Positions 43,965 through 53,906 of a DNA stretch of 64,000 nucleotides are shown here, one piece after another. The translations under genes were made by a program, and so were the position numbers. Position 1 is the first letter of the stretch; every line of letters begins with the position of its first letter. The notes beneath the pieces were generated by a model. That model was not told where the DNA came from, did no database searches, and worked only from the letters and a program-made list of their open reading frames with translations. The DNA is from a virus (Duplodnaviria; Caudoviricetes), in the IMG/VR virus record IMGVR_UViG_3300043252_000005, positions 1,101-65,100 of that record; one strand, 5' to 3'.

Positions 43965-44531
43965 GTGGCCAACGTGCTCGTCCATCCGGAAGACTTCGTC
44001 AACGCAGCCCTCGGTCGCATCGGCTACAAGCTGCGGATCGGCTCGTTCTTCGACGGCAGCGAAGCGAGCAAACTGGCGCTCGACATCTACGGCCAGACGC
44101 GCGACCAACTGCTTCGCCTGAAGGATTACGATTTCGCGCAAAAGATTGCCGCCGCTGTCGTGGCGCCGGGCGCGGTGCCAACGCCGATCTGGCAGTTTCA
44201 ATACCTCTATCCGACAGACTGCGTGCGGCTGCGCGACATGTACGCGCCCGGCTATGACACGAACGATCCGCTGCCGAACCGCTGGACGCGCGACACGGCG
44301 CTGATCGGCGGCGTCATGACGGAGATCATCTTCGCCAATATCTCGCCGGCCATGCTGGTCTACACCGAACAGGTGACGGACCCGAGCCTCTGGGATGAGG
44401 GCTTCGGCGAGACGATGATTGCATCGTTGGCCCGGCGGCTCGCGCCGGCCCTCGCGTCGTTGGACGTGGCGAAGCTCGAGGCGCAGGATGAAGCGACGAT
44501 GATCCAGGCGACCGGGGATATTGTCGGATGA
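43965..44531 (+). CDS. Tail adaptor paralogue 2
   Basis: PEDFVNAAL, YDFAQ, QYLYPTDC, WDEGFGETM. Confidence 0.8.
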   Translation: MANVLVHPEDFVNAALGRIGYKLRIGSFFDGSEASKLALDIYGQTRDQLLRLKDYDFAQKIAAAVVAPGAVPTPIWQFQYLYPTDCVRLRDMYAPGYDTNDPLPNRWTRDTALIGGVMTEIIFANISPAMLVYTEQVTDPSLWDEGFGETMIASLARRLAPALASLDVAKLEAQDEATMIQATGDIVG

Positions 44532-45151
44532 CGATCCTCACCTCGATCCAAAGCCCGGAAGACGCGATCAACGCGGCCCTTATCCGCATCGGCTTCACGC
44601 GCCGCATCGATCAGATCTATGAAGGCACGCCGGCCGCGCGCGCCGCGGTGCTGATCTACGGCCAGACGCGCGACGATATCCTGCGGACAGGCGACTATCG
44701 ATTTGCCGTGCGGCAGGCGGCGTTGGTCAAGTTGAAGGCGGCCCCAGCTGGCGGCTACAGCCCAATGACGCCATGGAGCGCCGCGCAGTACCCCGCCGTG
44801 CCATGGATCTATTCCTATGCCTATCCGATCGATTGCTTGCGCCTGCTGTCGCTGCGCACTGCGCCGATGATTGTGCCGGTGTCGAGCCCGCGCGCCGTCA
44901 CATGGTCAATCGACAATGACAACAGCTACACGCCGCCGCAGAAAGTTATCCTCACGAACCTCGGCGGCGCGCTGGCAACATACACGGCGCGTGTCACGGA
45001 TTTGGCGCTGTGGGACGCCGCGGCCGTGGAAGCTTTGATCGATGCTTTGGCGACGAACCTCGCGCCGGCCCTTGCCAATCTGGATTCGCAGAAGATCGAG
45101 GAAGCCGCCGAAGCCCGCGCGGCGAACACGGCCGAGCATCTGGAAGGATGA
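44528..45151 (+). CDS. Tail adaptor paralogue 3
   Basis: PEDAINAAL, YRFAV, SYAYPIDC, WDAAAVEAL. Confidence 0.8.
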   Translation: MTILTSIQSPEDAINAALIRIGFTRRIDQIYEGTPAARAAVLIYGQTRDDILRTGDYRFAVRQAALVKLKAAPAGGYSPMTPWSAAQYPAVPWIYSYAYPIDCLRLLSLRTAPMIVPVSSPRAVTWSIDNDNSYTPPQKVILTNLGGALATYTARVTDLALWDAAAVEALIDALATNLAPALANLDSQKIEEAAEARAANTAEHLEG

Positions 45152-45154
45152 GCC

Positions 45155-46126
45155 ATGACCAGCCCGGCCGATCTCGCGAATAGGGCTCTTGACGCCGCCG
45201 GCGCTGATTTCACGATCGGCGATATCGAAGAAGGCGGCAAGGTCGCGGAGATCATCCGCCGCGTCTATGTGCCGGCCCGGCAGCAGCTTCTCCGCACGGC
45301 GCGCTGGCCCTTCGCGCGGCGCCAGGCCGACCTCGCCCTTCTCGCCGATCGCTTCAGCCAGACGCCGGACCTGCCGAACCAAGTCATCTGGCCGTGGCGC
45401 TTCGAGTACCAATACCCGATCGACTGCCTGCAAATCCGCTTCGTGCCGGCTGACGAATGCCGGCCGGTCGAGATTTCGGCACCCCCGAACGCCACGCCGG
45501 GCGGCAATTTCGTGAACGTGAACGTCGGCGCAAACTACGTGCTGCCAGGCGTCAACACGATCGGCTCGCGCACGCAGCACCACACGCAGCTGCGCCAGGG
45601 GCGTTTCCTCGTCGCGGTCGATCCGAACTATCCGGGCCTCGTCGGCGCCATCACGGACAATAGCCAGAACCCGTCATTCGGCAGTGTCCAAGGTGTCGGG
45701 CCGACCGGGCGCACCGTGATCCTAACCAATGTGCGACGCGCGCAGGCGGTCTATACGATGGATGTCGAGTATCCGGACGAGTGGGATGTGTCGTTTCAGG
45801 AGGCGTTTGTCGCCTACCTGACCAACCTCATCGCGCTCCCGGTTGCCATCGCGCTCGATAAGGACAAAAAGTTCGGCCTCGAGATGGAGGCGCGGGCAAT
45901 GGCGAAAGCGAAGGGTCTCATCGGGCAGGCGCGCGTGGCGGCGGCGAACGAAGGACAGACGACCACTGACAGCACGCCCGATTGGATACATGGCCGCTTC
46001 CGCGGCGGCATCCCATTCGGCGCTGGCGGCTTCGGCGATGGTTTCGGCTTTTCGGGCAGTGGAAGCGGCGGTATCTACAGCGAGGAATGCGGGCCGACAG
46101 TCTTCGGGAACGGGAGCACCTGGTAA
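45155..46126 (+). CDS. Tail adaptor paralogue 4 (with insertions and Gly-rich tail)
   Basis: PADLANRAL, WPFAR, EYQYPIDC, WDVSFQEAF. Confidence 0.85.
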   Translation: MTSPADLANRALDAAGADFTIGDIEEGGKVAEIIRRVYVPARQQLLRTARWPFARRQADLALLADRFSQTPDLPNQVIWPWRFEYQYPIDCLQIRFVPADECRPVEISAPPNATPGGNFVNVNVGANYVLPGVNTIGSRTQHHTQLRQGRFLVAVDPNYPGLVGAITDNSQNPSFGSVQGVGPTGRTVILTNVRRAQAVYTMDVEYPDEWDVSFQEAFVAYLTNLIALPVAIALDKDKKFGLEMEARAMAKAKGLIGQARVAAANEGQTTTDSTPDWIHGRFRGGIPFGAGGFGDGFGFSGSGSGGIYSEECGPTVFGNGSTW

Positions 46127-49100
46127 GTGGCGATCCCCTTCGGCCGCTGGAACTTCGCCGCCGGTGAATTGGCGCCGGGCCTCTGGGGTCATATCGATTT
46201 CGCGAAGTACCAGATCGGTCTCTCGACCTGCCGCAATGCCTTCATATCGTACCGTGGCGGGGCATATAGCCGCGCCGGAACGCACTTCGTCGGCTACTCG
46301 AAGCAGACTCAAGTCGGCACGCTGCCGCCGCGGCTGATCACATTCCAGTTCAATATCAACCAAGGCATCTGCATCGAGGCCGGGCACCATTATTTCCGCT
46401 TCATCATCGACGGCGCTTTCGTGCTGGAGCCAGAGATCACGATCACGAATATCACGCAGTCGAGCCCGGCCGTCGTCACCGCGGCGAACAGCTACACGAA
46501 CGGCGATTGGGTGTTTCTCGACGATATCACCGGCATGACGGAGTTGAACGGCCGGACAGCCATCATCGGCAATGTCACGCCGATGCATTTTTCTCTCTTC
46601 GACGTGTTCAGCCAGCCGATCGATACGACGAGTTTCCCGGTCTATGCCGGCGGCGGCGCAGCGGCGCGCCTCTACACGCTGGCGACGCCATGGGCCGAGC
46701 AGGATTTGCAATGGCTGAAATGGACGCAGAGCGCCGACGTGATGAGTATCTGCTGCTGGAACCAGCAGACGAACATCGGGCCGGGCGGCGATGTCTCCTA
46801 TCCGGCCTACGACCTGAAGCGCATCACGGACACGAATTGGACGCTCACGCGGTTCTCGGCCACAACTTCGGTGCAGCCGCCGAACGGCCAAGTCATCACG
46901 GCCAGCAATGTGAACACCAGCGCGCAGGCTCCCCCGACCGAATATTCTGCCGTCGTGACCACCGTCAACCAGCTTACCGGCGAGGAAAGCCAGGCATCCG
47001 AGGTCCTGACATTCTATGGCTCCGTGGACATTTCCACGGTCGCCGGCTCCATCAAGATCACCTGGGCGCCGCAGCCGGGCCAAGTCTATTACAACGTCTA
47101 TTTTGCCCAAGCCGCGGTACTGACGCACGTGCCGCCAGGCTCGCTCTATGGCTACACCGGCACGGCTTTCGGCAACGAATTCGTGAACACCAATATCCAG
47201 CCGGATTTCAATCAGGTGCCCCCGCTGCATCTAGATCCGTTCGAGCCGGGCCAGATTTTGTTCGTCATCGTGACGAATGGCGGATCGAGCCTGACCAGCG
47301 TCACGGCGACGATCACGACTTCGACCGGATTGGGCTTCGCTGGATATCCGATCATCGTCGGCGGTGTGCTGACAGCATACATCGTGACCAACGGCGGCAA
47401 GTTCTATGAGCCTGGCGACGCGATCGTTTTCAATGGCGCGGCGTTCGCCACCGGCGCCATCAGCTTTTCGGTCAACCCGTCGAACGGCGACACGATCACG
47501 CTGAACGGCGTCGTATGGACTTTCGTCACCAGCGGCGCCGCCGGCAGCCAGACGAATATCCAGGCGACCTTGAGCCTTACCATGGCGCAGATCGCGAACG
47601 ATTTGAACGCGTCCGTCAATCCGAGCCTCGCGGTCGCGTCCTACATCGCCGAGCCGATCGGCAACGCCACGAATATCACGATCACCTATGACACAGCAGG
47701 GCCGGCGGGCAACAGCTACACGCTGGCGGCATCGGCCGGCACGCCATCCGGGCCAACCTTGACCGGCGGCGGTGGGGCTGGCTCGCTCGCAGGCACGATC
47801 GATATCGGCCCGCAGACGGGCACCTACCCCAGCGCCGTCCAGTATTTCCAACAGCGTCGGTTCTACGCCGCGACGCCGAACCAGCCAGATACCTATTTCG
47901 CGAGCCAGCCGGGCGCGTTCAACAATTTCGATTTTCGCATCCCGACGATCGACAGCGACGCGATTACCGGCAGCCCGTGGAGCGTGCAGGTGAACGGCAT
48001 CCAATGGATGGAGCCGATGCCGGGCGGCCTCGTCGTGCTCACCGGCCAGCAGGCTTGGCAGATCGGCGGCGCGGGTTCGAGCCCGCTCCAGCCGCAGGCG
48101 ATCACGCCGGCGAACCAGCAGGCCGAGGCGCAAGCTTTCAACGGCTGCAGCGCGTACATGCCGCCGATCCGCAAGGATTACGATATCGTCTATCTCCAGG
48201 CGCTCGGCTCCATCTTCCGCGACCTGTCGTACAACATCTATGCCGGCATCTATACCGGGGTCGATATCACCTATCTCTCGAGCCATCTCTTCACCGGCCT
48301 GCAAATGCGCGAGGCGGCATGGTGCGAGGAGCCGTATAAGATCATCTGGGTAACCCGGCAGGACGGCATCCGCCTGTCGTTCACCTTTTTCAAAGAGCAG
48401 GAGGTTTTGGCATGGGCACGCCACGACACTCAGGGCCTCACATGGTCTGTGACCTCCGTCATCGAGCCGCCGGTGGATGCGCTCTATCTGGCGACACAGC
48501 GCGCGATCAACTCGCAAAACAGCTTCATGATCGAACGCGAAGACAACCGGACCTGGGACGGCGTCGAAACCTGCTGGTGCGTCGATGCTGGATTGTCGTT
48601 GTCGCAACCCACACCAGCAGCAAATCTGACGATCGTGCCGATCGACGGGCTTGGATCGATTACCGCGATCACGAATTTTGACGGCGGCAACAGCTACTCG
48701 CCTGGCACGACGCTTTCGGTGCTAGACCCGACCGGCGCCGGGGCAACATTTACGCTGACGGTCGTCAACGGTGTGATACAGCCGCCCGTCATCGTTACCG
48801 GCGGCCAGTTATATACGAACCCGAAGCTGATCTTTAACGATCCGCAGGGCATCGGCGCCTACGCGACAGGCACCGCCGTCATCAGCAACGCGACAACGCT
48901 GATCGCCGACGCCGCGGTATTCTCGCCGGCCTCAATCGGGCAAGTCGTGCGCGGCGCCTCCGGCATCGCCGTCATCGAGACGTTCCTCGATAGCAAGCAC
49001 GTGATTGCCAACGTCACGCAGCCGTTCCAGACGACGCAGGATAATTCGAATTTCGTCGTCGTGCAGAACGGCCAGTGGACGATGACGCAGCCGGTGGACG

Positions 49101-49681
49101 AGGTGTTTGCGCCGCACCTCACCGGCGCCACGATTACCGGCATCGCGGATGGCCAAGTCATTCCGCCAACCGTCGTCGGGCCGGGCGGCTTGATCACGCT
49201 TGCCAGTTCTGCCAGCCAAATCACCGTTGGCCTGCCGTTTCAGGTGCAGATCCAGACGCTACGGCCGGAAGGTGGGCAACCCACGACGCAAGGGATGCGC
49301 AAGAAGATCGGTGCCGTGACGGCGCGCGTCGAGAACAGCCTCGGTTTCGAGATCGGTGTCAACCAGCCGGACGGCTCCGCGCAGTCGCCTTCGCAGATCG
49401 TTGCGAACTGGACCGGCATGACGCCCGTGCCGGCGCCTGGCAAGCCGATCGGGCTGCCGCCCTATCAGTCGAACATCGTGCCGCTATTCACGGACGATGT
49501 GCGTGTGCCGCAGGCGAGCGGCTGGGACAAGCACGGCCAGGTCGCCTTGCAGCAGAATCAGCCGCTCCCGCTCCAATTGCTCGCTGTCGTGACCGAGTTC
49601 CTTGAGGGCGATCTGCCCGACGCCGCCGTATCGCCGCGGCCGCCCGGCGCGCAGGCCGGCAAGCAGGGCTGGACGGTCTGA
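46127..49681 (+). CDS. Tail nozzle (tubular protein B, T7 gp12 / P22 gp10-like)
   Basis: NFAAGELAP...CRNAFISYRGGAYSRAG, YPSAVQYFQQR, AWARHDT; E1-FCCH-like and beta-sandwich insertions. Confidence 0.9.
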   Translation: MAIPFGRWNFAAGELAPGLWGHIDFAKYQIGLSTCRNAFISYRGGAYSRAGTHFVGYSKQTQVGTLPPRLITFQFNINQGICIEAGHHYFRFIIDGAFVLEPEITITNITQSSPAVVTAANSYTNGDWVFLDDITGMTELNGRTAIIGNVTPMHFSLFDVFSQPIDTTSFPVYAGGGAAARLYTLATPWAEQDLQWLKWTQSADVMSICCWNQQTNIGPGGDVSYPAYDLKRITDTNWTLTRFSATTSVQPPNGQVITASNVNTSAQAPPTEYSAVVTTVNQLTGEESQASEVLTFYGSVDISTVAGSIKITWAPQPGQVYYNVYFAQAAVLTHVPPGSLYGYTGTAFGNEFVNTNIQPDFNQVPPLHLDPFEPGQILFVIVTNGGSSLTSVTATITTSTGLGFAGYPIIVGGVLTAYIVTNGGKFYEPGDAIVFNGAAFATGAISFSVNPSNGDTITLNGVVWTFVTSGAAGSQTNIQATLSLTMAQIANDLNASVNPSLAVASYIAEPIGNATNITITYDTAGPAGNSYTLAASAGTPSGPTLTGGGGAGSLAGTIDIGPQTGTYPSAVQYFQQRRFYAATPNQPDTYFASQPGAFNNFDFRIPTIDSDAITGSPWSVQVNGIQWMEPMPGGLVVLTGQQAWQIGGAGSSPLQPQAITPANQQAEAQAFNGCSAYMPPIRKDYDIVYLQALGSIFRDLSYNIYAGIYTGVDITYLSSHLFTGLQMREAAWCEEPYKIIWVTRQDGIRLSFTFFKEQEVLAWARHDTQGLTWSVTSVIEPPVDALYLATQRAINSQNSFMIEREDNRTWDGVETCWCVDAGLSLSQPTPAANLTIVPIDGLGSITAITNFDGGNSYSPGTTLSVLDPTGAGATFTLTVVNGVIQPPVIVTGGQLYTNPKLIFNDPQGIGAYATGTAVISNATTLIADAAVFSPASIGQVVRGASGIAVIETFLDSKHVIANVTQPFQTTQDNSNFVVVQNGQWTMTQPVDEVFAPHLTGATITGIADGQVIPPTVVGPGGLITLASSASQITVGLPFQVQIQTLRPEGGQPTTQGMRKKIGAVTARVENSLGFEIGVNQPDGSAQSPSQIVANWTGMTPVPAPGKPIGLPPYQSNIVPLFTDDVRVPQASGWDKHGQVALQQNQPLPLQLLAVVTEFLEGDLPDAAVSPRPPGAQAGKQGWTV

Positions 49682-50163
49682 TGGACGGCTCCGGCTGGCT
49701 CCCAGCCCCTTCCGGCCGCATTGTGACCGTCGAAGCGAGGATTGCCCATATCCGCATGCTGGTGCCGGCGCTGCGCGATGCCGACCGGGCCGAGATCGAG
49801 GCCCAAGGGCAGACGCCCCGCCATCTGCTGTTCCGCCTCTGGCGCTGGTCGGTGATCCGGCGCACGGTCTTCGTCGATGGTGAGATCGCTGCGATGTGGG
49901 GATGCGAGGGCTCGCTGCTTGGCCGCGTCGCTGCGGCTTGGCTCTATACGACGCCGGCAGCCGCCCGCGTGCCGATCGGCTTCCTGAAAGCGGCGCAAAG
50001 TGGTATCCATCAGATGAGACAGCACTTCCCGGTGCTGATCAGCGATGTCGATGCCAGCTACGAAAGGTCGATCCGGTTCATGCAGCTTCTCGGCTTCCAT
50101 GTCGGCGAATCCTTTGAGCTTCCGAGCGGCGCGCTGTTCCGCCGGCTGACGTTGGGGGAATGA
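49681..50163 (+). CDS. GNAT-like protein (T7 gp13-like position)
   Basis: LRDADRAEIEA...IAAMWG...RSIRFMQLLGF. Confidence 0.75.
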   Translation: MDGSGWLPAPSGRIVTVEARIAHIRMLVPALRDADRAEIEAQGQTPRHLLFRLWRWSVIRRTVFVDGEIAAMWGCEGSLLGRVAAAWLYTTPAAARVPIGFLKAAQSGIHQMRQHFPVLISDVDASYERSIRFMQLLGFHVGESFELPSGALFRRLTLGE

Positions 50164-50741
50164 TGCCGCACTTTCACAAGATCGGCACCGGCTGCAACGT
50201 TGCCCCGCTCGTCGCCCAAATAGGCGAGCACCCGGAACTCTGGAACCAGCACAATGTGCGCAAGGTGTCGGCCGGGTCGCCGCATGCCGAGATGGACGAC
50301 ATATGGCTGCGCTACAATCGATATGAGCGGTTCTGCGGCGATCGGTCGACGTTCAACGACGAGCACGTACCCGTCTGGTATCCGGCGGCGCGCGTGCTGA
50401 CCGCGGCGCGGCCGATCCTCTTCGGCATCATGGCCGCAGTCCAGGGCGAGATGCTATGCGGCGTCTTCATCACGCGCATCCCGCCGGGCGGCAAGATCCT
50501 GCGGCATATCGACCGCGGATGGCACGCCGAGGCGACGGACAAATTCTACGTGGCACTCAAGAGCCCGGCCGGCTCAGCCTTCCATTGCGATCACGATGGT
50601 GAAGCAGAGAGCATCTACCCGGAAATCGGCGATATCCATATGTTCGACAATCGCAAGCTGCATTGGGTCACCAACGATAGTGACCACGAGAAAATGACGC
50701 TGATCGTCGCCATAAAAACTGAAATGTTCGGGAGGGTTTGA
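50160..50741 (+). CDS. 2OG-Fe(II) oxygenase, aspartyl/asparaginyl beta-hydroxylase-like
   Basis: ITRIPPGGKILRHID, FDNRKLHWVTN...TLIV. Confidence 0.88.
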   Translation: MMPHFHKIGTGCNVAPLVAQIGEHPELWNQHNVRKVSAGSPHAEMDDIWLRYNRYERFCGDRSTFNDEHVPVWYPAARVLTAARPILFGIMAAVQGEMLCGVFITRIPPGGKILRHIDRGWHAEATDKFYVALKSPAGSAFHCDHDGEAESIYPEIGDIHMFDNRKLHWVTNDSDHEKMTLIVAIKTEMFGRV

Positions 50742-50743
50742 GC

Positions 50744-51100
50744 ATGGGCATTCCCGACGCGCTCGACTTCAATATCCCGCAGCCGCGGGTGACGGACATG
50801 ATCACGGCAGACGGCATCCTGATCAAACAGATCGAAATCGACGCGATCCATACCGTCGTCCCGCAGCACAGCCACGTCTACGACCACACGAGCGTCATTC
50901 TTGGCAGCGTGCGCGTCTGGTGCGACGGCGAGCTGCTTGGGGACTTCACCGGCCCGAAGATGCTGCTCATCAAAGCCGGCACGAAGCACACCTTCCTGAC
51001 GCTGACGCCGTTCGTCACGATCCTCTGCATTCACAATGCCCTCCATCCCGACGTGGCTGCCGTGCTGGAAGAGCATCATCTGGTCCAGGGGGAGCCGTAA
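50744..51100 (+). CDS. Cupin-domain protein
   Basis: PQHSHVYDHTS...IKAGTKHTF...CIH; GGAGGG SD. Confidence 0.8.
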   Translation: MGIPDALDFNIPQPRVTDMITADGILIKQIEIDAIHTVVPQHSHVYDHTSVILGSVRVWCDGELLGDFTGPKMLLIKAGTKHTFLTLTPFVTILCIHNALHPDVAAVLEEHHLVQGEP

Positions 51101-51101
51101 A

Positions 51102-51644
51102 ATGCCGATTGGCTATGTTGCGGCCGCTGGCGCGGTCATCTCGGCGGCGGGTGCGATCGCCAACGGCATATCGCAATCGAATATGTCGTCCTATCAGGCC
51201 AAAGTCGCACGAAACAACGCGCTGATCGAGCAGCAGAACGCGAACTATGCCGAGCAGGGCGGCAATGTCCAGGCGTTCAATCTCGCACTGGGAAACCGCG
51301 GCCAAGGCGGCAGGCTAAAGGCCAATCAGGCGGCTGCCGGGATCGATGTGAACAGCGGCTCGGCCGTAGCTGCGCAGGCATCGCAGCGCGAGGTGGGGCT
51401 ATCCAACGCGCAGCAGACCGTGGCGAATGCGAACCGGCAGGCTTATGGCTACCGCGCGCAGGCAATGGGATATCAGGCGCAGTCGACCGCGGATAGGACG
51501 GCTTCGGAAAACGAATTGATCGGCGGCTTTCTCAGCGCCGGCGGAAGTGCTGCGGGAGCCGCCGGGGATCTATCTGGCGGCGCTCCGACCTGGAATTATA
51601 ATCTGCCGGCCGATCAGTCATCCGGGACCATGATCGGGATATAA
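51102..51644 (+). CDS. Internal virion (ejection) protein, gp14-like
   Basis: Hydrophobic Gly/Ala N-terminus, Q/A/N-rich helix, AAAGIDVNSGS. Confidence 0.8.
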   Translation: MPIGYVAAAGAVISAAGAIANGISQSNMSSYQAKVARNNALIEQQNANYAEQGGNVQAFNLALGNRGQGGRLKANQAAAGIDVNSGSAVAAQASQREVGLSNAQQTVANANRQAYGYRAQAMGYQAQSTADRTASENELIGGFLSAGGSAAGAAGDLSGGAPTWNYNLPADQSSGTMIGI

Positions 51645-53906
51645 ATGGCAACCAACCCGGATATTTTTGCACCATCGGTCGAGCCGCAGACACAGGCGCC
51701 CAACGACACGATCCATGTCGATGCGCCGTCCGCCGCGTTCGGCGCTCCGATCGCACAAGGGTTGGAAAAGCTCGGCCAGGGGGTCCATCAGGCTGGCGAA
51801 TTCTGGGGGCAGGTACAGACCGACCACCAGCTTAACGGCGCTTATCAGCAGGGCGAGCAGATCCTTGCGAATTACAAGAAGCTGCAAGGCCAGGATGCGC
51901 TCAATGCGCAGGCGGCGACGAAGCAGCAGCTCGAAGACGTGTTTGCGAAGGGCGGCGCCGGGCTGACAACGGCACGGCAGAGGCTTCAATTCGACAACAC
52001 GAGCCGCGCATATCTGGACCGGTTCCTTGCGCCGCAGATCGATAACCACGCTGATCAGCAGGGGCAGGGCGTCGCGATCAATACGTTCACTGATGGAGCG
52101 AAGCGGGCGTTTGGCCAGGTCGGCGCGGTCGCGGACAATCCTGCGCTCGTCGAAGAGCAGGTAACGCATGCGGCTGACTATCTGGTGAACGCCGCGCACG
52201 CGCGCTATGGCGCCAACGCGCCTGACGAGATCATCGATCAGGCTGTGGCGCAGGCGAAGCAGGGCGTCTACAAGGCACAGGTTGAAGCGCTCGCCGTCAA
52301 AAACCCGGCGCTGGCGCAAAAGGTGCTTGATTCGCACAAGGACGATCTCGGTGAGGCATACGCGCCGCTGGCCGAACATCTTCAGTCGCGAGCCGATTAC
52401 GATACCGGCGTGCAGGCTGGCCAGAAAGCGATTGCCGCAACTGGCCAGAGCTTCCTGAACGGCGCCCCGGGCACGCAACAGCCGGCCGCTGGCGGTGCTC
52501 CCGTCGTGAAGGTGAGCGCCAGCGCCGCGCCGACGCCACAGGCGAACGCGCTGCTCGATGTGATCGCTGGCCCGGAAAGCGGCGGCCAGTACAATGTGCT
52601 CTACGGCGGCGGCACGTTCAGCGACCTATCGCAATTTCCGCATTGGCAGGGCGCGCAGGGACCGGCAGGAACGACGCATGCGGCCGGCGGTTTCCAGTTC
52701 GAGCCGGCGACATGGAATGAGGCGCAGCAGGCAACCGGAGTTCCAGATTTCTCGCCGCAGTCGCAGCAGAAGGCCGCATGGTGGCTAGCTTCGAATACCT
52801 ATCAGAAGGGGACCGGTCGCGACCTGCAAGCCGATCTCGCCCAGGGCAAAACGGATCTCATCGCCCCAGCGCTTCAATCGCAATGGCCGTCGATCAATCA
52901 GAATTCGATCGCGCGCCTGAATTCTGATCTGCAGACGGTCTCAGCCGGCGCCGGCAGTCTCCCGTCCGCGGCGTTCAAGGCGAGCGCCTATGACAAGCTG
53001 ATGCAGGACCCGGCGCTGCGCGACAATCCGCGCGCATTCCAGCATGCGCTTTCCTATGTGAACGAGCAGGCGTCAGCCGCCTCCATCGCCAGCATGGAGA
53101 ATGAGAAAGCGCGCAAGGAAGCAGCCGAGGCATCCGGCAACGCCATCGTGACCGATGCGCTCAACGGCAAGGTCGACGGCATAGCGGGCCGCATCGCCAA
53201 CGATCCGAACCTCGATTGGCAAAGCAAGATCCACCTCACGCAGTCGATCGAGGCCATGACGGCGCGCGATGCCGGCCGGGACACGAAGACCTATGGGCCG
53301 CAATTCTGGAATGCCTATCAGCGCATCCATCTGCCGGACGGCGACCCGCAGAAGATCACGAGTCCGACGCAGCTCTACGCTTCCGGGCCGAACGGCGATC
53401 TCACCATGTCCGGCATCGACAAGCTGTCCGAGGAAATCCAGGCCAAGAAGACACCGGAGGGCGAGGCCGAGGCGACCATGCGGCGCTCGTTCCTCACCAA
53501 CGCGCGATCGATGATCAGCGGTGCCAATGAGCATTTCGGCGTGACCGATCCGAAGGGGGATGAACTCTTTCTCAAATTCCAGGCGCAATTCTGGCCGTCC
53601 TACCAGAAGGCGCGCGAGGCCGGCGAGAGCCCTGAAAACCTGCTCAATCCGGACAGCCCGAAATATCTGGGGCCGAAGCCGGGCTCGCCGTTCATCCGAC
53701 CGCCGGACCAGTGGGCTGCCGACACGAGCCTTGCCAACGCGGGCAGCGCGAACCAGAATGCGCCGAAGGTGGATTTGTCCACACCCGAAGGCATCGGCGC
53801 CGCCGTGCAGAACAAGCAGCTCGACTACTGGCACGCTCGCGATTTGCTCGAGAAGATGGGTAAGCGGTCACGTGACCAAATCGACCCGATCCCGATTGCG
53901 CACTGA
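51645..53906 (+). CDS. Internal virion (ejection) protein, gp15-like, with lambda-lysozyme-like muramidase domain (~52540-52900)
   Basis: LLDVIAGPES...YNVLYGG...AAGGFQF...TW...DFSPQSQQKAAW. Confidence 0.8.
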   Translation: MATNPDIFAPSVEPQTQAPNDTIHVDAPSAAFGAPIAQGLEKLGQGVHQAGEFWGQVQTDHQLNGAYQQGEQILANYKKLQGQDALNAQAATKQQLEDVFAKGGAGLTTARQRLQFDNTSRAYLDRFLAPQIDNHADQQGQGVAINTFTDGAKRAFGQVGAVADNPALVEEQVTHAADYLVNAAHARYGANAPDEIIDQAVAQAKQGVYKAQVEALAVKNPALAQKVLDSHKDDLGEAYAPLAEHLQSRADYDTGVQAGQKAIAATGQSFLNGAPGTQQPAAGGAPVVKVSASAAPTPQANALLDVIAGPESGGQYNVLYGGGTFSDLSQFPHWQGAQGPAGTTHAAGGFQFEPATWNEAQQATGVPDFSPQSQQKAAWWLASNTYQKGTGRDLQADLAQGKTDLIAPALQSQWPSINQNSIARLNSDLQTVSAGAGSLPSAAFKASAYDKLMQDPALRDNPRAFQHALSYVNEQASAASIASMENEKARKEAAEASGNAIVTDALNGKVDGIAGRIANDPNLDWQSKIHLTQSIEAMTARDAGRDTKTYGPQFWNAYQRIHLPDGDPQKITSPTQLYASGPNGDLTMSGIDKLSEEIQAKKTPEGEAEATMRRSFLTNARSMISGANEHFGVTDPKGDELFLKFQAQFWPSYQKAREAGESPENLLNPDSPKYLGPKPGSPFIRPPDQWAADTSLANAGSANQNAPKVDLSTPEGIGAAVQNKQLDYWHARDLLEKMGKRSRDQIDPIPIAH

